Shown: positions 45,041 to 55,129, counted from the stretch's first letter. The stretch: 59,466 bases of DNA from Fibrobacteria bacterium (GCA_037447435.1 JBBIGR010000032.1:1-59466); one strand, 5' to 3'. Made by a program: numbers and translations. The notes: a model not told the origin generated them from the letters alone.

Positions 45041-45766
45041 TTACTTTCTTTGTTTAATAAAATCAATTGCAGCGTTTTCATCCTGGCATAAGTCAATCAA
45101 TTCGTTGATGGAAACCAGATTGATGAGGTCGGTGATAATCTCGTTCGCTCCATATGCGACAGATACACCGCCGACTTTTTTGATTTTCATAAGCAATTGC
45201 ACAAAAACAGCTATTCCCGTGCTATCCATGAGATCAAGGTTTTCAAGATCGAAGATAAATCTCGAAAGTGTTGCATCCGGAACAAAATCCCTAAAATGCG
45301 AAAGATCGTGATCACTGGTCAGATATCCGGACAGATTTATCCGACAGGTTCCGTTTTCAGGAATTGCTGCGAAAACAAATCCTATCTTCTCCCCAAACAA
45401 TTTGTTCCGTACAATATCTTTTTGTGAAATTTCATATTCGACATCCGTTGCGAAAACATCGAAAACACGATCAAGGTGGCAATCGGATATCAATTTCTTT
45501 GTCTTTTCCTGAACATTGACAAGGCATATGTACCCGTTCATTTCACTGACCTTTTTGCGCAAACGGATCAAAAGACCTATACCGGAACTGAATAAATTCA
45601 CCACCGGGGAAAAATCTACCACGATCCGCATGCCCGTTGGTTGCGAATCCAAAACCGACATGATGCGGTTCTCAATTTCCCGGCAATTGTACATGCTTAT
45701 CGAATTTGGAAAAACAAACCACAACGCATCCTGTCGTTTTTTGATTTCCAACATTTCCTGTGTCAC
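45041..45766 (-). CDS. Tandem two-STAS-domain anti-sigma factor antagonist
   Basis: Two repeats, VDFSPV.NLFSSGIGLL and FDLENL.LMDSTGIAVF. Confidence 0.85.
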   Translation of the reverse strand: MTQEMLEIKKRQDALWFVFPNSISMYNCREIENRIMSVLDSQPTGMRIVVDFSPVVNLFSSGIGLLIRLRKKVSEMNGYICLVNVQEKTKKLISDCHLDRVFDVFATDVEYEISQKDIVRNKLFGEKIGFVFAAIPENGTCRINLSGYLTSDHDLSHFRDFVPDATLSRFIFDLENLDLMDSTGIAVFVQLLMKIKKVGGVSVAYGANEIITDLINLVSINELIDLCQDENAAIDFIKQRK

Positions 45767-45772
45767 AATTAT

Positions 45773-47188
45773 TTACCCTTCTACAATCTGACCGTTTTTT
45801 AAAACCAACCATTTCCCCTGCAATTGAATTTTAACAACCAGGGATATACCAAAATACGATATTTCGGTTCCCGGGAATATGGTATCCTGCCCTTTTATGA
45901 AACCATCATGACTTTTAAGCACCGTGAACGACTGTGTCAAATCCGATATGCTTGTTTGCACATATTTGAGTTTTGTTGACATTTCATTAAATGCATCCAG
46001 CCATTTTTTTAGTTCCGCCTTATGACGGTCCGTAGCATGCTCCTTGGCAGATTTAAAAATCGACGCTTTCGTACTTAGTTGCAATCGAACCGGCTCAAGT
46101 TGTTTCGCCAGTTCTTTTTCCAATTTTTTAAGATCGATGATTTTTTTCTTTTTTGCGTCCTCTTCTTTGTCTATTATCGATATCTTCGTTTTTATTCCTT
46201 TATCATTACCGATGATACCGACATCCACAGACGAGAACACCTTTGCTTCCCCGCCCAAAATTGCGGCATGGGGTAAGCCTTCGGAAATCGTTTCACAGGT
46301 GATGTCGCAATTCATGCAGTATTTATCTATTGTTACCGTGCCTTCCGTTGTTATGGTTGTATCCTGTGCGAAAGAAACGTGCACCCCTCGCTTTCCATAA
46401 ACGGCAGCATCTCCTTTTCCAATCAATCCCTTTTCAATGGAAACGGTTCCGTTTCTTGAAATAATCTGTGCCGACTCTACCTCGCCTTTGATAATGATAC
46501 TGCCTTCGGCTTCAACGGAAAAACCGGGTAGAACGTTGCCGTTGATTATCACGTCGCCCGAGTATTTAATATTGCCGACACTAAAATTAATATCGGTTGG
46601 TATTTCAAGAATATCCGTAACATGAACTAACACACCATCATGGAAAACAGAGCCACTTTTTGAGGAAACCAGAAAAATGCCGTCTTCCGAAATGGTCGTA
46701 TTTCGCCCTGCCGGAAGTTTGATATCATTCCCGGGGAGCGCTTCAATATCTTTTCCAGTCACCGTTTTTCCCACGGCCCCCAATGTCGGCGGAGTCCTTC
46801 TTGCGATTTTTTGTCCTGCGGTCACGAGGTTGATGGACTGAATATCTCTAAAATCAACAGTCCCGTCTTTGCGAAGAGCCGGGCGCAAATTTTTGGAAAC
46901 ATCAATTTCGAAGGTAATCTTGCCGTCGAGTCCGGTGGTCGGTTCTTTTCCTTCGGCAATAACCACCTCCGTGTCAAAGAGCATTTTTTGTACTATTTCT
47001 TTTATAACATCGGTTTTAACACCATAAACAATACCATTTTTTTTAAGAAATTCAAGCAAAGATTTTTCTGTAACTTTTACATTATTGGCCAGACATAAAG
47101 AGTTTACTTTAATTTTGGCGCATTGAGGTTCGATAGAGGTTTCGATATACTCATCCAAGGAAACAGATTGCTCGATGGGATTTATCAC
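45773..47188 (-). CDS. DUF342/FapA family protein
   Basis: GIVYGV, IAEGKEP..G.DG, DGTVDFR, VGNIKYSGDV.I.GNV..GF.V.A.G, beta-helix repeats, coiled coil, IFPGT. Confidence 0.9.
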   Translation of the reverse strand: MINPIEQSVSLDEYIETSIEPQCAKIKVNSLCLANNVKVTEKSLLEFLKKNGIVYGVKTDVIKEIVQKMLFDTEVVIAEGKEPTTGLDGKITFEIDVSKNLRPALRKDGTVDFRDIQSINLVTAGQKIARRTPPTLGAVGKTVTGKDIEALPGNDIKLPAGRNTTISEDGIFLVSSKSGSVFHDGVLVHVTDILEIPTDINFSVGNIKYSGDVIINGNVLPGFSVEAEGSIIIKGEVESAQIISRNGTVSIEKGLIGKGDAAVYGKRGVHVSFAQDTTITTEGTVTIDKYCMNCDITCETISEGLPHAAILGGEAKVFSSVDVGIIGNDKGIKTKISIIDKEEDAKKKKIIDLKKLEKELAKQLEPVRLQLSTKASIFKSAKEHATDRHKAELKKWLDAFNEMSTKLKYVQTSISDLTQSFTVLKSHDGFIKGQDTIFPGTEISYFGISLVVKIQLQGKWLVLKNGQIVEG

Positions 47189-47345
47189 AACAGACCTTTT
47201 CCATTTTTACGTGAAAATATTCACAATTAAACCACTGTAAAATAATTCTGAAAAAGAATCCAGAGATGTTTAGACTCATAATTCACATAAAGGTTTTTAT
47301 TTTTTTTTCAAACAGCCGAAATTTCCCCATATTTAATATGCACTG

Positions 47346-47999
47346 TCACTTCTTTAAAAGTTTAAATGCATGAACCCAGTCATTTCGCAAAAACCCTGGA
47401 ATGCACCAGAGCATGCATAAGGGCTCTATTGCCCTGACAGCTTCGGATTTGCCCATGTCTTCAACGTCAAAACCGAATAAATCCAAAATATGGCCAACAT
47501 CTTTTTTCGATTGCTCGTTATTTCCGGCAATAAACATCGACGGACGAATACCCCCGAAGTCCGGGTTGACCATTAGCGAGTTCCCTATTGAATTGAAGGC
47601 CTTGACAAAATTTGCTTTGGGAAATTTATCCTGTAATTGCTCCATAAGCGATTTGTCGAGATTCGTGAAAAACCTGATAACGCCATTTTCAGGCGCAGCA
47701 TCGGCGATTGGGTTTGTCGCATCGATAATTGTTTTTCCTTCAAAGTTTTTTTCGCCGGCCAGCAATAAAGCGCTTTGCGCAACGCTTCCCTTTACTGCGA
47801 GAACCAGAATATCTCCAAACGAAGCAGCATCAGAGAAATAACCTGTTTCTGCCTTATCCCCGGTCGTTTTTTTCCATACAGACAATGCATCCGGGGTTCT
47901 GCTTCCTATCCGTACCGAATAACCGTGTTTCAAAAACCCCGCAGCCAAAGCCTTAGCAACATCACCGGAACCAATTATGCCGATTTTTGAAATAGCCAT
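47346..47999 (-). CDS. NADPH-dependent F420 reductase-like dinucleotide-binding oxidoreductase
   Basis: KIGIIGSG, LAVKG, IIDATNP, VKAFN. SD GAGGAGG before MAISK. Confidence 0.85.
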   Translation of the reverse strand: MAISKIGIIGSGDVAKALAAGFLKHGYSVRIGSRTPDALSVWKKTTGDKAETGYFSDAASFGDILVLAVKGSVAQSALLLAGEKNFEGKTIIDATNPIADAAPENGVIRFFTNLDKSLMEQLQDKFPKANFVKAFNSIGNSLMVNPDFGGIRPSMFIAGNNEQSKKDVGHILDLFGFDVEDMGKSEAVRAIEPLCMLWCIPGFLRNDWVHAFKLLKK

Positions 48000-48168
48000 A
48001 CGACGCCCTCCTCTTGCATTAGAGTGAAGGCTATAAAGAAGCAATTTATCTGCCATAGATGTATAAGTGTAAACTACGGAATAAAATGATCAGTGGCTGC
48101 CGTTTTTTCCAATTTTGAAAAAAACAATTTATCAAAAAAGGAATTTTCTAGCGATAACAAGGATTTGT

Positions 48169-49077
48169 TTACAAAATTAGATCAATACCAAACGACGTCA
48201 CTGTTCTGATATCTCGACTGTCTATAAATCCGTATATGGATCCATAGAGGATTTTAAAATAAAGATCCACGGCCCTTGAGTCGGCATTAAGGGGATACGA
48301 AAGCCCACATTTTACGACAATTGTATTGGTTTGTCGTATGATAGGATATGATGAAAAAATCGTTGTTAAAGATTCCCCGTTGCCGACATGAATAAGGCCG
48401 CTATCGCATGCACCGCTTTGAAAAATAATCCGGTCGAAAATGGACGCATACAGTTGGCTTCGAAAAGCCGTGGAACAGCGGTATTCCGCTCCGCAGGAAA
48501 CACCATCCCCTCGTGCGAGTCTATTTCCTGCAAGTTCGGGCGTGTTCTTAGATAGAAAGTAACAATGATACTCTATTTTGACAAATAACCCTGATTTAAA
48601 AATCGAGTCGCTCAGACACCCGGCAACGTTTATCGCATTCAAAATCATTCGTCTGTAAACATCATCGTAAATAAGTTCATACGCAGAATCAGTGGTTTCG
48701 CGGATTCCCATTGTCGGATGAGCACTTTCGTGGCTTGCCGATACATCACACCACACATTCATTGCATCATAAGAACGAGCGACAACCAATGCCTCTATAC
48801 AGCCTACGCCCCGCCAATTATGATTCGGTAAAAATTCCTGATGAAACCGTGCTTCGTTTCTCGCCTCAAACATGCCGCCGATTAAAAAGCGACCGATTCT
48901 AATGCCATTCCCCACCTTTGCGCTCGGAATTCCTTCGGTTGTCCACGACAACCCGCTCGATAAAAAATCAGGATCCCCCTTCAACGATGCATCCAAACAC
49001 GACGGTTTGTTTACAAAGTTTAAAAGTAATAAAAAAACGACGCCGCAGAACTTTTCGCAATGCCCTATTGACATCAT
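48169..49077 (-). CDS. Hypothetical protein, possibly exported/beta-rich
   Basis: 302-aa ORF filling the gap, with a hydrophobic N-terminus and HESAH motif. No family recognised. Confidence 0.55.
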   Translation of the reverse strand: MMSIGHCEKFCGVVFLLLLNFVNKPSCLDASLKGDPDFLSSGLSWTTEGIPSAKVGNGIRIGRFLIGGMFEARNEARFHQEFLPNHNWRGVGCIEALVVARSYDAMNVWCDVSASHESAHPTMGIRETTDSAYELIYDDVYRRMILNAINVAGCLSDSIFKSGLFVKIEYHCYFLSKNTPELAGNRLARGDGVSCGAEYRCSTAFRSQLYASIFDRIIFQSGACDSGLIHVGNGESLTTIFSSYPIIRQTNTIVVKCGLSYPLNADSRAVDLYFKILYGSIYGFIDSRDIRTVTSFGIDLIL

Positions 49078-49161
49078 ATGGTCCCGGAAACAGAATGAAG
49101 TTGATTACACCTCTTAATCATTGTATAAAAATAATTTCCGGGACCCTATGTTATTTAACAC

Positions 49162-49647
49162 TCAGCGTTCCCAAACCACTTGAATGCTTTTTTCACCCTT
49201 ACCATACGAAAATGACAGGTCCCCCTTATACGAATGATGCAACGCATCGCCAATTCTTCTCGCCAAATGAATCCCGGTTGTGGAAATATCCGTTTCGCCG
49301 GGGATCGTACTGATTTCTAAAATTTGTTCGACCGGATGCGATGCCATTTCTTTACGTTCTATCCGTCGAACACGGCCAAGGATTTCGTTAAAATGTTGGT
49401 TGACAAAAAGCCCCTTTATCCGTATTTCCCCTGCAGGCCGATGATCCATTTTCCGCCGGCATGCCGGGCATTTGGCCAAAAGCATATCGGATGTCGGATA
49501 GGTTTTATCACTTGTCCATCGGCCGTTTTCAAAAACACTTCCGCATGCCAAGCACATTGCCGGTTCAGGATATTTCCCTTTTTCAAGATATTCATCCTGT
49601 CGTTCCGGGAAAATCGTTCTGGCTTTTTTTACAAATGGCCTGTCCAT
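49162..49647 (-). CDS. BCAM0308-like Zn-ribbon protein (NMD3-like fold)
   Basis: C..CG.VF..GRW, CPACRR, HLARRIGDAL, C-terminal WER. SD AGGAGG before MDRP. Confidence 0.75.
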   Translation of the reverse strand: MDRPFVKKARTIFPERQDEYLEKGKYPEPAMCLACGSVFENGRWTSDKTYPTSDMLLAKCPACRRKMDHRPAGEIRIKGLFVNQHFNEILGRVRRIERKEMASHPVEQILEISTIPGETDISTTGIHLARRIGDALHHSYKGDLSFSYGKGEKSIQVVWER

Positions 49648-49935
49648 AAAAAACCTCCTGCCCGTATAATTGAGATACGGCATACCGCTCACTCATTCAT
49701 CTTCATTCTCATCCCCATGGTATATTACGGATTACAAGCGCCATACGATTTGAAAATCCCTTTTATTTTAAGGTTATTTACGCCTTTCTATTTTTATTTT
49801 GCATAGTCGACCATACCTGCTCATTACCCACTACCCAGGCGTCGCGTCCGGAAGCAAAATCAAATTTCGTGCCAATGCCCGGATTTGTAGGGGATATGAA
49901 ATGTCGATCAGTGCAAGGGAGGTTGATTGACCTTT

Positions 49936-51165
49936 TTATCCGGCGACTACGGGCAGCGATGCCGAAATACAGATTCCCGCCGGCTGCATATTTGCAATCC
50001 TCACCGAGCCGTTAAACAGGGAAAATATACGATGCGTCAACACCGGATCCAATCCCCAATCACCTTGCGGCGTCAAGGTTTCCCGGTTCGCCAATACCTC
50101 AAAGAAATGCGAAATAGTTTTGTCCGACAATGTCAAGCCCGACGTTATAGCATCAAGTTCCAAACCGTTTGCGGTCGATTTACACGATAAAATAACGACG
50201 CCGTTGTTCGGGCAAACATTAATGGCAGTTTTTAGTAACGAGCACATTGCTTTGCGCATAAGCTGTTCGTCGGCGGCTATATGCCCCATTTCATTGTCAG
50301 GTTTCGCAATTCGAATATCGCGAATCTTTGCATGTTCGGAAACGTCCGTTATAGCCGCATGGACTATTTCTTTGAAGTCAATCTTATTCGAGGGAAATTT
50401 TCCCTCGGCCACTTCGATGTCGGCAAGCAAAAAGGCGTCGTCCAACAAATTAAGGATCCGCGTTTTTGATTTCGAATACAATTCGCAATACAGTGCAATA
50501 TCGGGAGTTTTATTTATAGCATCAATTATCAATTCCGAAATACCGAATACCCCGTTTAAAGGGGTCCGCAATTCGTGGGAAAGAAGGGATATAAAATCAT
50601 TTTTAATTTTATCAAGGATCGACAATCGCTTCAATGCCTCATGCAATTGTTGGGTCCGCTGTTGCACAACGGTTTCAAGGCGCGAATTTGTTTCAACGAT
50701 TTGAAGGTTCAACTCTTTCGTATATTGCAAGGCCGTTTCCAATTCCCGGTTTTTGTTCGAAATGTTCTGCAGCAATTCCTTTTTATCAATACGAGAATCG
50801 ACAAGTTCCAAAGCGTCGCGTACCGTAAATTGCAAATCACTCCCGTTCCAGGGCTTTGCAATGTACTTCCATATCGAATGTTCGTTGATGACTTTCATGA
50901 TCATGTCCATATCGGCATACCCGGACAATACGATCCGTATCGCATAGGGACAAATCTCTTTTGTTTTTCCGAGAAATTCGACCCCGTCCATTTCCGGCAT
51001 GCGCATATCGGCAATGATGATGTGCGCTGGTTTTTCCTGCAGTATTTTTAAACCGTCGGCGCCGCTCGTCGCAAACGAGGCATCAAAAGCACGCGTTCTA
51101 AACTCGCGGTTCAAGGTCTTTAAAATTTCTTCTTCGTCGTCAACAAACAATACGTGATGTCGCAT
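49936..51165 (-). CDS. Receiver domain + HisKA protein with degenerate HATPase domain
   Basis: REC (VDDE, DMRMP, SGY, KPW) and H-box SHELRTPLNG are present. N and G1 boxes are missing. Confidence 0.88.
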   Translation of the reverse strand: MRHHVLFVDDEEEILKTLNREFRTRAFDASFATSGADGLKILQEKPAHIIIADMRMPEMDGVEFLGKTKEICPYAIRIVLSGYADMDMIMKVINEHSIWKYIAKPWNGSDLQFTVRDALELVDSRIDKKELLQNISNKNRELETALQYTKELNLQIVETNSRLETVVQQRTQQLHEALKRLSILDKIKNDFISLLSHELRTPLNGVFGISELIIDAINKTPDIALYCELYSKSKTRILNLLDDAFLLADIEVAEGKFPSNKIDFKEIVHAAITDVSEHAKIRDIRIAKPDNEMGHIAADEQLMRKAMCSLLKTAINVCPNNGVVILSCKSTANGLELDAITSGLTLSDKTISHFFEVLANRETLTPQGDWGLDPVLTHRIFSLFNGSVRIANMQPAGICISASLPVVAG

Positions 51166-51178
51166 ATATTTTCCGCCG

Positions 51179-52552
51179 TCACAAATGAGTTTTTATATCC
51201 TTCGGCAATCGCACGGTAAAGCAGCTGCCTTTTCCTATTTCGCTGGTGACCGATATATCGCCCTTGTGCTTGTTGACGATTATATCATACGCGATATTGA
51301 GGCCCAATCCGGTGCCTTTACCAACCGGCTTTGTCGTAAAGAAAGGGTCAAATATTTTTGGAATAATGTCCGCCTTGATGCCCGGCCCGTCATCGACGAC
51401 TTCGAAAAACACGTTGGCATCATCGGTTCTGGTTCGGATCGTAATAAGGCCTTTGTTTTGAGTTCCTATTTCCCGTATTGCCTGGCAGGCATTGACAATC
51501 AAATTGAGTATGACCTGGTTTATTTGCCCAATGTTGCACGGCACCGGCGGTGCTTTGCAAAAATCAAGTTTTACATCCGCCACGTATTTGATTTCGTTTC
51601 GTGCAAGCAACAGGGTTTTTTCAATATGTTCTTCGATGTCTGCCGTTGCGAATATTTGTTCCCGATCAATATGGGCAAAATCCTTGAGATTGGAAACGAT
51701 ATCCTTGATTCGGAATAAACCGGCGACATTCGATTGCAAAATCTCTTCCGTGTCTTCCAGGATATTGGCGATGTCGAGTTCCTTCCGTTTTTGTTCAAGC
51801 ACTTGCTGCGAAGCATCGGACTCGTGAAGTTCGATATACTCCCTCAGTCCGTGCATATAGGTTTCCAATATCTGGGAATTCCCCAGGACGTATGCAACGG
51901 GATTGTTGATTTCATGCGCAACGCCGGCCGCGAGCTTTCCGAGTGCCGAAAGTTTTTCCGTAAAAACAAGACGGGATTGCGTATTCTTCAGGTTTTGAAA
52001 CATCGACAGGTTTTCGGCATATAACGCGGTCTGCGTACATGCGAGGGAAATGGCCTGCATCGAATCCCGAGATACATCGGTTTCCTTGACATTGTTATAA
52101 ACCAGGCAAAAACCAAGGGTGTGTTCTATTGTCGCAAGGGGAATTAGGATGCAATTAACATACGCTGCATTGGGTTTTGCGCGGCAAAACGTGATTCGCT
52201 TGTTCGAAACGCACCACGCAACCATACCGTTGTTTATTTGCTCGTCCAGTTCGTCAAAAAACATTTTCCGCTCTACGGTGTCCGGCGAGTATACGAAGGG
52301 GGAAAAGCTCATATCTTCTTTGTCAACCAAATACACGCAGGCAGGGGCTACGGGAAAGCTCCGGTCTATTGCACTTTCTATGAACTCCAGCAAAAAAACA
52401 TAGATGTCCCTGATCGTTGTTCTGGTCTCAAGCTTAGCAATGTAATATTGCAGCAATTCGTACATGTCGTATTCATGCGATTTCACGCTCCCCGGCGAAT
52501 CGCTTTTTCCCATGCTCACATCGAATATCGCGTTATCCATGGCTTTCCGCAT
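51179..52552 (-). CDS. Cytoplasmic sensor histidine kinase (NtrB-like) with GAF-like N-terminus
   Basis: AGVAHEINNP, NLIVNA, DDGPGI, FDPFFTTK, GKGTGLGL. Confidence 0.95.
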   Translation of the reverse strand: MRKAMDNAIFDVSMGKSDSPGSVKSHEYDMYELLQYYIAKLETRTTIRDIYVFLLEFIESAIDRSFPVAPACVYLVDKEDMSFSPFVYSPDTVERKMFFDELDEQINNGMVAWCVSNKRITFCRAKPNAAYVNCILIPLATIEHTLGFCLVYNNVKETDVSRDSMQAISLACTQTALYAENLSMFQNLKNTQSRLVFTEKLSALGKLAAGVAHEINNPVAYVLGNSQILETYMHGLREYIELHESDASQQVLEQKRKELDIANILEDTEEILQSNVAGLFRIKDIVSNLKDFAHIDREQIFATADIEEHIEKTLLLARNEIKYVADVKLDFCKAPPVPCNIGQINQVILNLIVNACQAIREIGTQNKGLITIRTRTDDANVFFEVVDDGPGIKADIIPKIFDPFFTTKPVGKGTGLGLNIAYDIIVNKHKGDISVTSEIGKGSCFTVRLPKDIKTHL

Positions 52553-52556
52553 TTCC

Positions 52557-53438
52557 CTATTTCAAATCAATCAGACAATACGACATTTCCTTATAAACCC
52601 GGACTATTTCATCTATGGAACTCTCTATATCTGCAACGGTCAATCCCAAAGCATCGAGACACTCCCGATAATATTTCGGCACAAACGGGTCGCCCTTCGA
52701 ACCGAATCCGAGTGCGACGGCGACGATATCGGCAATATGGACAACGGAAACCAGGTTAAAAAGCGAACTGCCCTTCTTGGCTATCGGAATGTGGTGAAAC
52801 CCGGTTGTCGCCTGCAACTGAGGCGGCAAGTTCCATGTCTCGGTCAGAAACATCCCGGTTTCCTCATGAGTAAACCCCATAATTTCTTTTTCGGCTTCAT
52901 ACAAATACATATTGTCAGCTTGCTTTTTTTGGACCGCTTTAACGAACAGGCCGTGTATATACTGGTCCTGGGCAATCAAGCCGATGTCATGAAGCAATCC
53001 GGCGACAAACGCCTCTTCGTGAGAAGAGATTTTAGACACTCCCGACTTTTTTGCCAAAATGCCTGCACAAACAGCCACACCGATACTGTGCCGCCAGAAT
53101 TCCAAGTGGTCAAAATCACCGGCTTTCTGATTCGATTCGAACATTTTAAGTATGCAAATGGAAAGGGACAGGTGTTTTACTTCGTTAAACCCGAGAATGA
53201 CCACTGTTTTGCTCATTGTGGAAATTTTACTGGGAAACCCGTAGTAGGCCGAATTAACGATGCGAAGCAGTTTCGATGCAAGCGCCTGATCCTGTTCAAT
53301 GACATTGCCGACCTCGCGGGCAGATACCTTGGGGTTTTGCAACACATTCTGAAGCCTGGAATAGACAACCGGCAATGTCGGCAATTGCCTGACATCGGCA
53401 AGCGCCTTCTCCAGAAGATTTCGTGATTCCGATTTCAA
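52557..53438 (-). CDS. HDOD domain protein
   Basis: LPTLP, D.ALASKLLRIVNSAYYG, FWRHS, AGLLHDIG, E..IMGFTH, W.LP. Confidence 0.93.
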   Translation of the reverse strand: MKSESRNLLEKALADVRQLPTLPVVYSRLQNVLQNPKVSAREVGNVIEQDQALASKLLRIVNSAYYGFPSKISTMSKTVVILGFNEVKHLSLSICILKMFESNQKAGDFDHLEFWRHSIGVAVCAGILAKKSGVSKISSHEEAFVAGLLHDIGLIAQDQYIHGLFVKAVQKKQADNMYLYEAEKEIMGFTHEETGMFLTETWNLPPQLQATTGFHHIPIAKKGSSLFNLVSVVHIADIVAVALGFGSKGDPFVPKYYRECLDALGLTVADIESSIDEIVRVYKEMSYCLIDLK

Positions 53439-53443
53439 AAGAA

Positions 53444-53779
53444 TTACCTTTTTTCACTTTTCATTTCATGCAATGCCAGCTTGACAGCGAGTCTTTTCAA
53501 CATCGACAATAACCCATCCGTATCCTCGATTTTCGAAAACCGCGAATACACAGGTTCAAGAATAGGGTTTTGGTTTTCAGGCTCGTTGCTGCCATTGTCT
53601 TCTGCGGAAACGACATCGTCGCCCTCTATGCAGAATTCCGATATTCCCCAGGATTTAAATATCTGTAAATGCTTCTTGGTCAAAGACATACCCGCGTTAA
53701 GCAAGCATCGTCCTTCCACTAATATTGGTTTTGCTAAAACCATTCCTTCTGCGGCGTCACTAAGAGAGCAACGAATCAT
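53444..53779 (-). CDS. Small hypothetical protein (HD-GYP-N-terminal-like GMVLA motif)
   Basis: GMVLAKPI..GRCLL.AG..LT......WGI. First gene of the HDOD/kinase operon. Confidence 0.7.
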   Translation of the reverse strand: MIRCSLSDAAEGMVLAKPILVEGRCLLNAGMSLTKKHLQIFKSWGISEFCIEGDDVVSAEDNGSNEPENQNPILEPVYSRFSKIEDTDGLLSMLKRLAVKLALHEMKSEKR

Positions 53780-53920
53780 TGACTATCCCTTGTTGTTTTA
53801 CGATCACCGTCGTCGCTCAAAACGGGGTAGAGCACTTGTCTTTTTTAGTATAGGAATATCGGCAATTATTATCAAGCAAAAACTGAAAATTCAAAAGGAA
53901 AGCATTGGGCGAGGTCTTGT

Positions 53921-55129
53921 TCAAAAATTCTCATCGAGGTTTTCTTGGTTTTGCCGGAGATGTTTTACATAATGACGCAATGCCGTAAATTCGAAAAATA
54001 TCAAGGAAACCAGTCCGATAAACGCACAGAATAGAAACGAAATCCGCAGTCCGAAAGTTTCGGCAATAGAGCCGGTAACAATCATACCGATTCCGATTCC
54101 CACGTCAAAAGCGGTAAAAAAGGTTGAGTTTGCGGCGCCCCGGCGCACGCCGGGAACAACGGTATTTATCATGGTCTGAAACGACGGCATTGCAATACCG
54201 TTTCCGGTACCGATGATAAAAGCCGAAATTAAATAAAGCAAGCTGTTTTTCGAAAGGGCAAGCAGGCAAAAGCCTACGATAAGTAACGCAAATCCCAATC
54301 GCATAATAAGTGCCGGACCTTTTTGGTCAAACACCTTTCCAGACCATATGCGGGACAGTCCCATGCCGATTGCATATACTAGAAAAAAATCCCCCGGGTT
54401 GCCGACCCCGATTTTCTTGCCATACATCGCCACATATGAAAGCAGACCGCCATACGCAAAGTTCAGCAGTAATTGCACAAGCGAAACAGGAATCGTTGCA
54501 GGTTCGAAAAGTTCGCTCCATTTAAAAAGTTTTTTCGAAACCGTGTGCGGGTACGAAACAAATAGAACAAGGAATAATCCTGCCGTTCCCAATCCCATCC
54601 CGCTGTAAAACAGCGTAGCGTAATTGACGTGTTTGACAATAGAAATTCCAAGAAGCGGGCCCAACGACATCGCCAAGGTCATAGACAGGCCATAATACCC
54701 GATTCCTTCTCCGCGACGCGTTGTTGGAACAATGTCGGCGACAATTGTCGACGATGCGGTCGTGGTCATTCCCCACGCAAATCCATGCGCCAACCGAAGT
54801 ACCGTAAACGAAACAAGCCCCAGAGCCAAAGGGTATAATCCGAAAAGACCCACCATGAGCGCAAATGCCCCGAAGTAGAACACCTTTCGATCAAACCGAT
54901 CGAGCCAAAACCCGCAAAACGGTCTTATGAGCAATGCCGATAGGGTAAACATCGACATGGCGATTCCGATAATGCCGATCGGCAGATGCAGCATGTCTGT
55001 CAAGTAAATGGGCAGGATTGGAATAAGAAAATAAAACGCGATCCCGAGCAGTAAATTCCCTACCGTTAAAAGAATAAAGTCTTTGGTCCATATGGAAACA
55101 GGGCGTTCGGGAATTACGGTTTTAGTCAT
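53921..55129 (-). CDS. MFS transporter
   Basis: IWTKDF, RPFCG..LDRFDRK motif A, RRGEGIGYY, about 12 hydrophobic segments. Confidence 0.93.
   Translation of the reverse strand: MTKTVIPERPVSIWTKDFILLTVGNLLLGIAFYFLIPILPIYLTDMLHLPIGIIGIAMSMFTLSALLIRPFCGFWLDRFDRKVFYFGAFALMVGLFGLYPLALGLVSFTVLRLAHGFAWGMTTTASSTIVADIVPTTRRGEGIGYYGLSMTLAMSLGPLLGISIVKHVNYATLFYSGMGLGTAGLFLVLFVSYPHTVSKKLFKWSELFEPATIPVSLVQLLLNFAYGGLLSYVAMYGKKIGVGNPGDFFLVYAIGMGLSRIWSGKVFDQKGPALIMRLGFALLIVGFCLLALSKNSLLYLISAFIIGTGNGIAMPSFQTMINTVVPGVRRGAANSTFFTAFDVGIGIGMIVTGSIAETFGLRISFLFCAFIGLVSLIFFEFTALRHYVKHLRQNQENLDENF

Noticed and set aside
47203..47218. parS-like palindrome ATTTTTACGTGAAAAT
   Set aside because: Five mismatches to TGTTTCACGTGAAACA.
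52464..53426. 320-aa plus-strand ORF
   Set aside because: Lies antisense to the clear HDOD gene and the start of the kinase gene, with no recognisable features.
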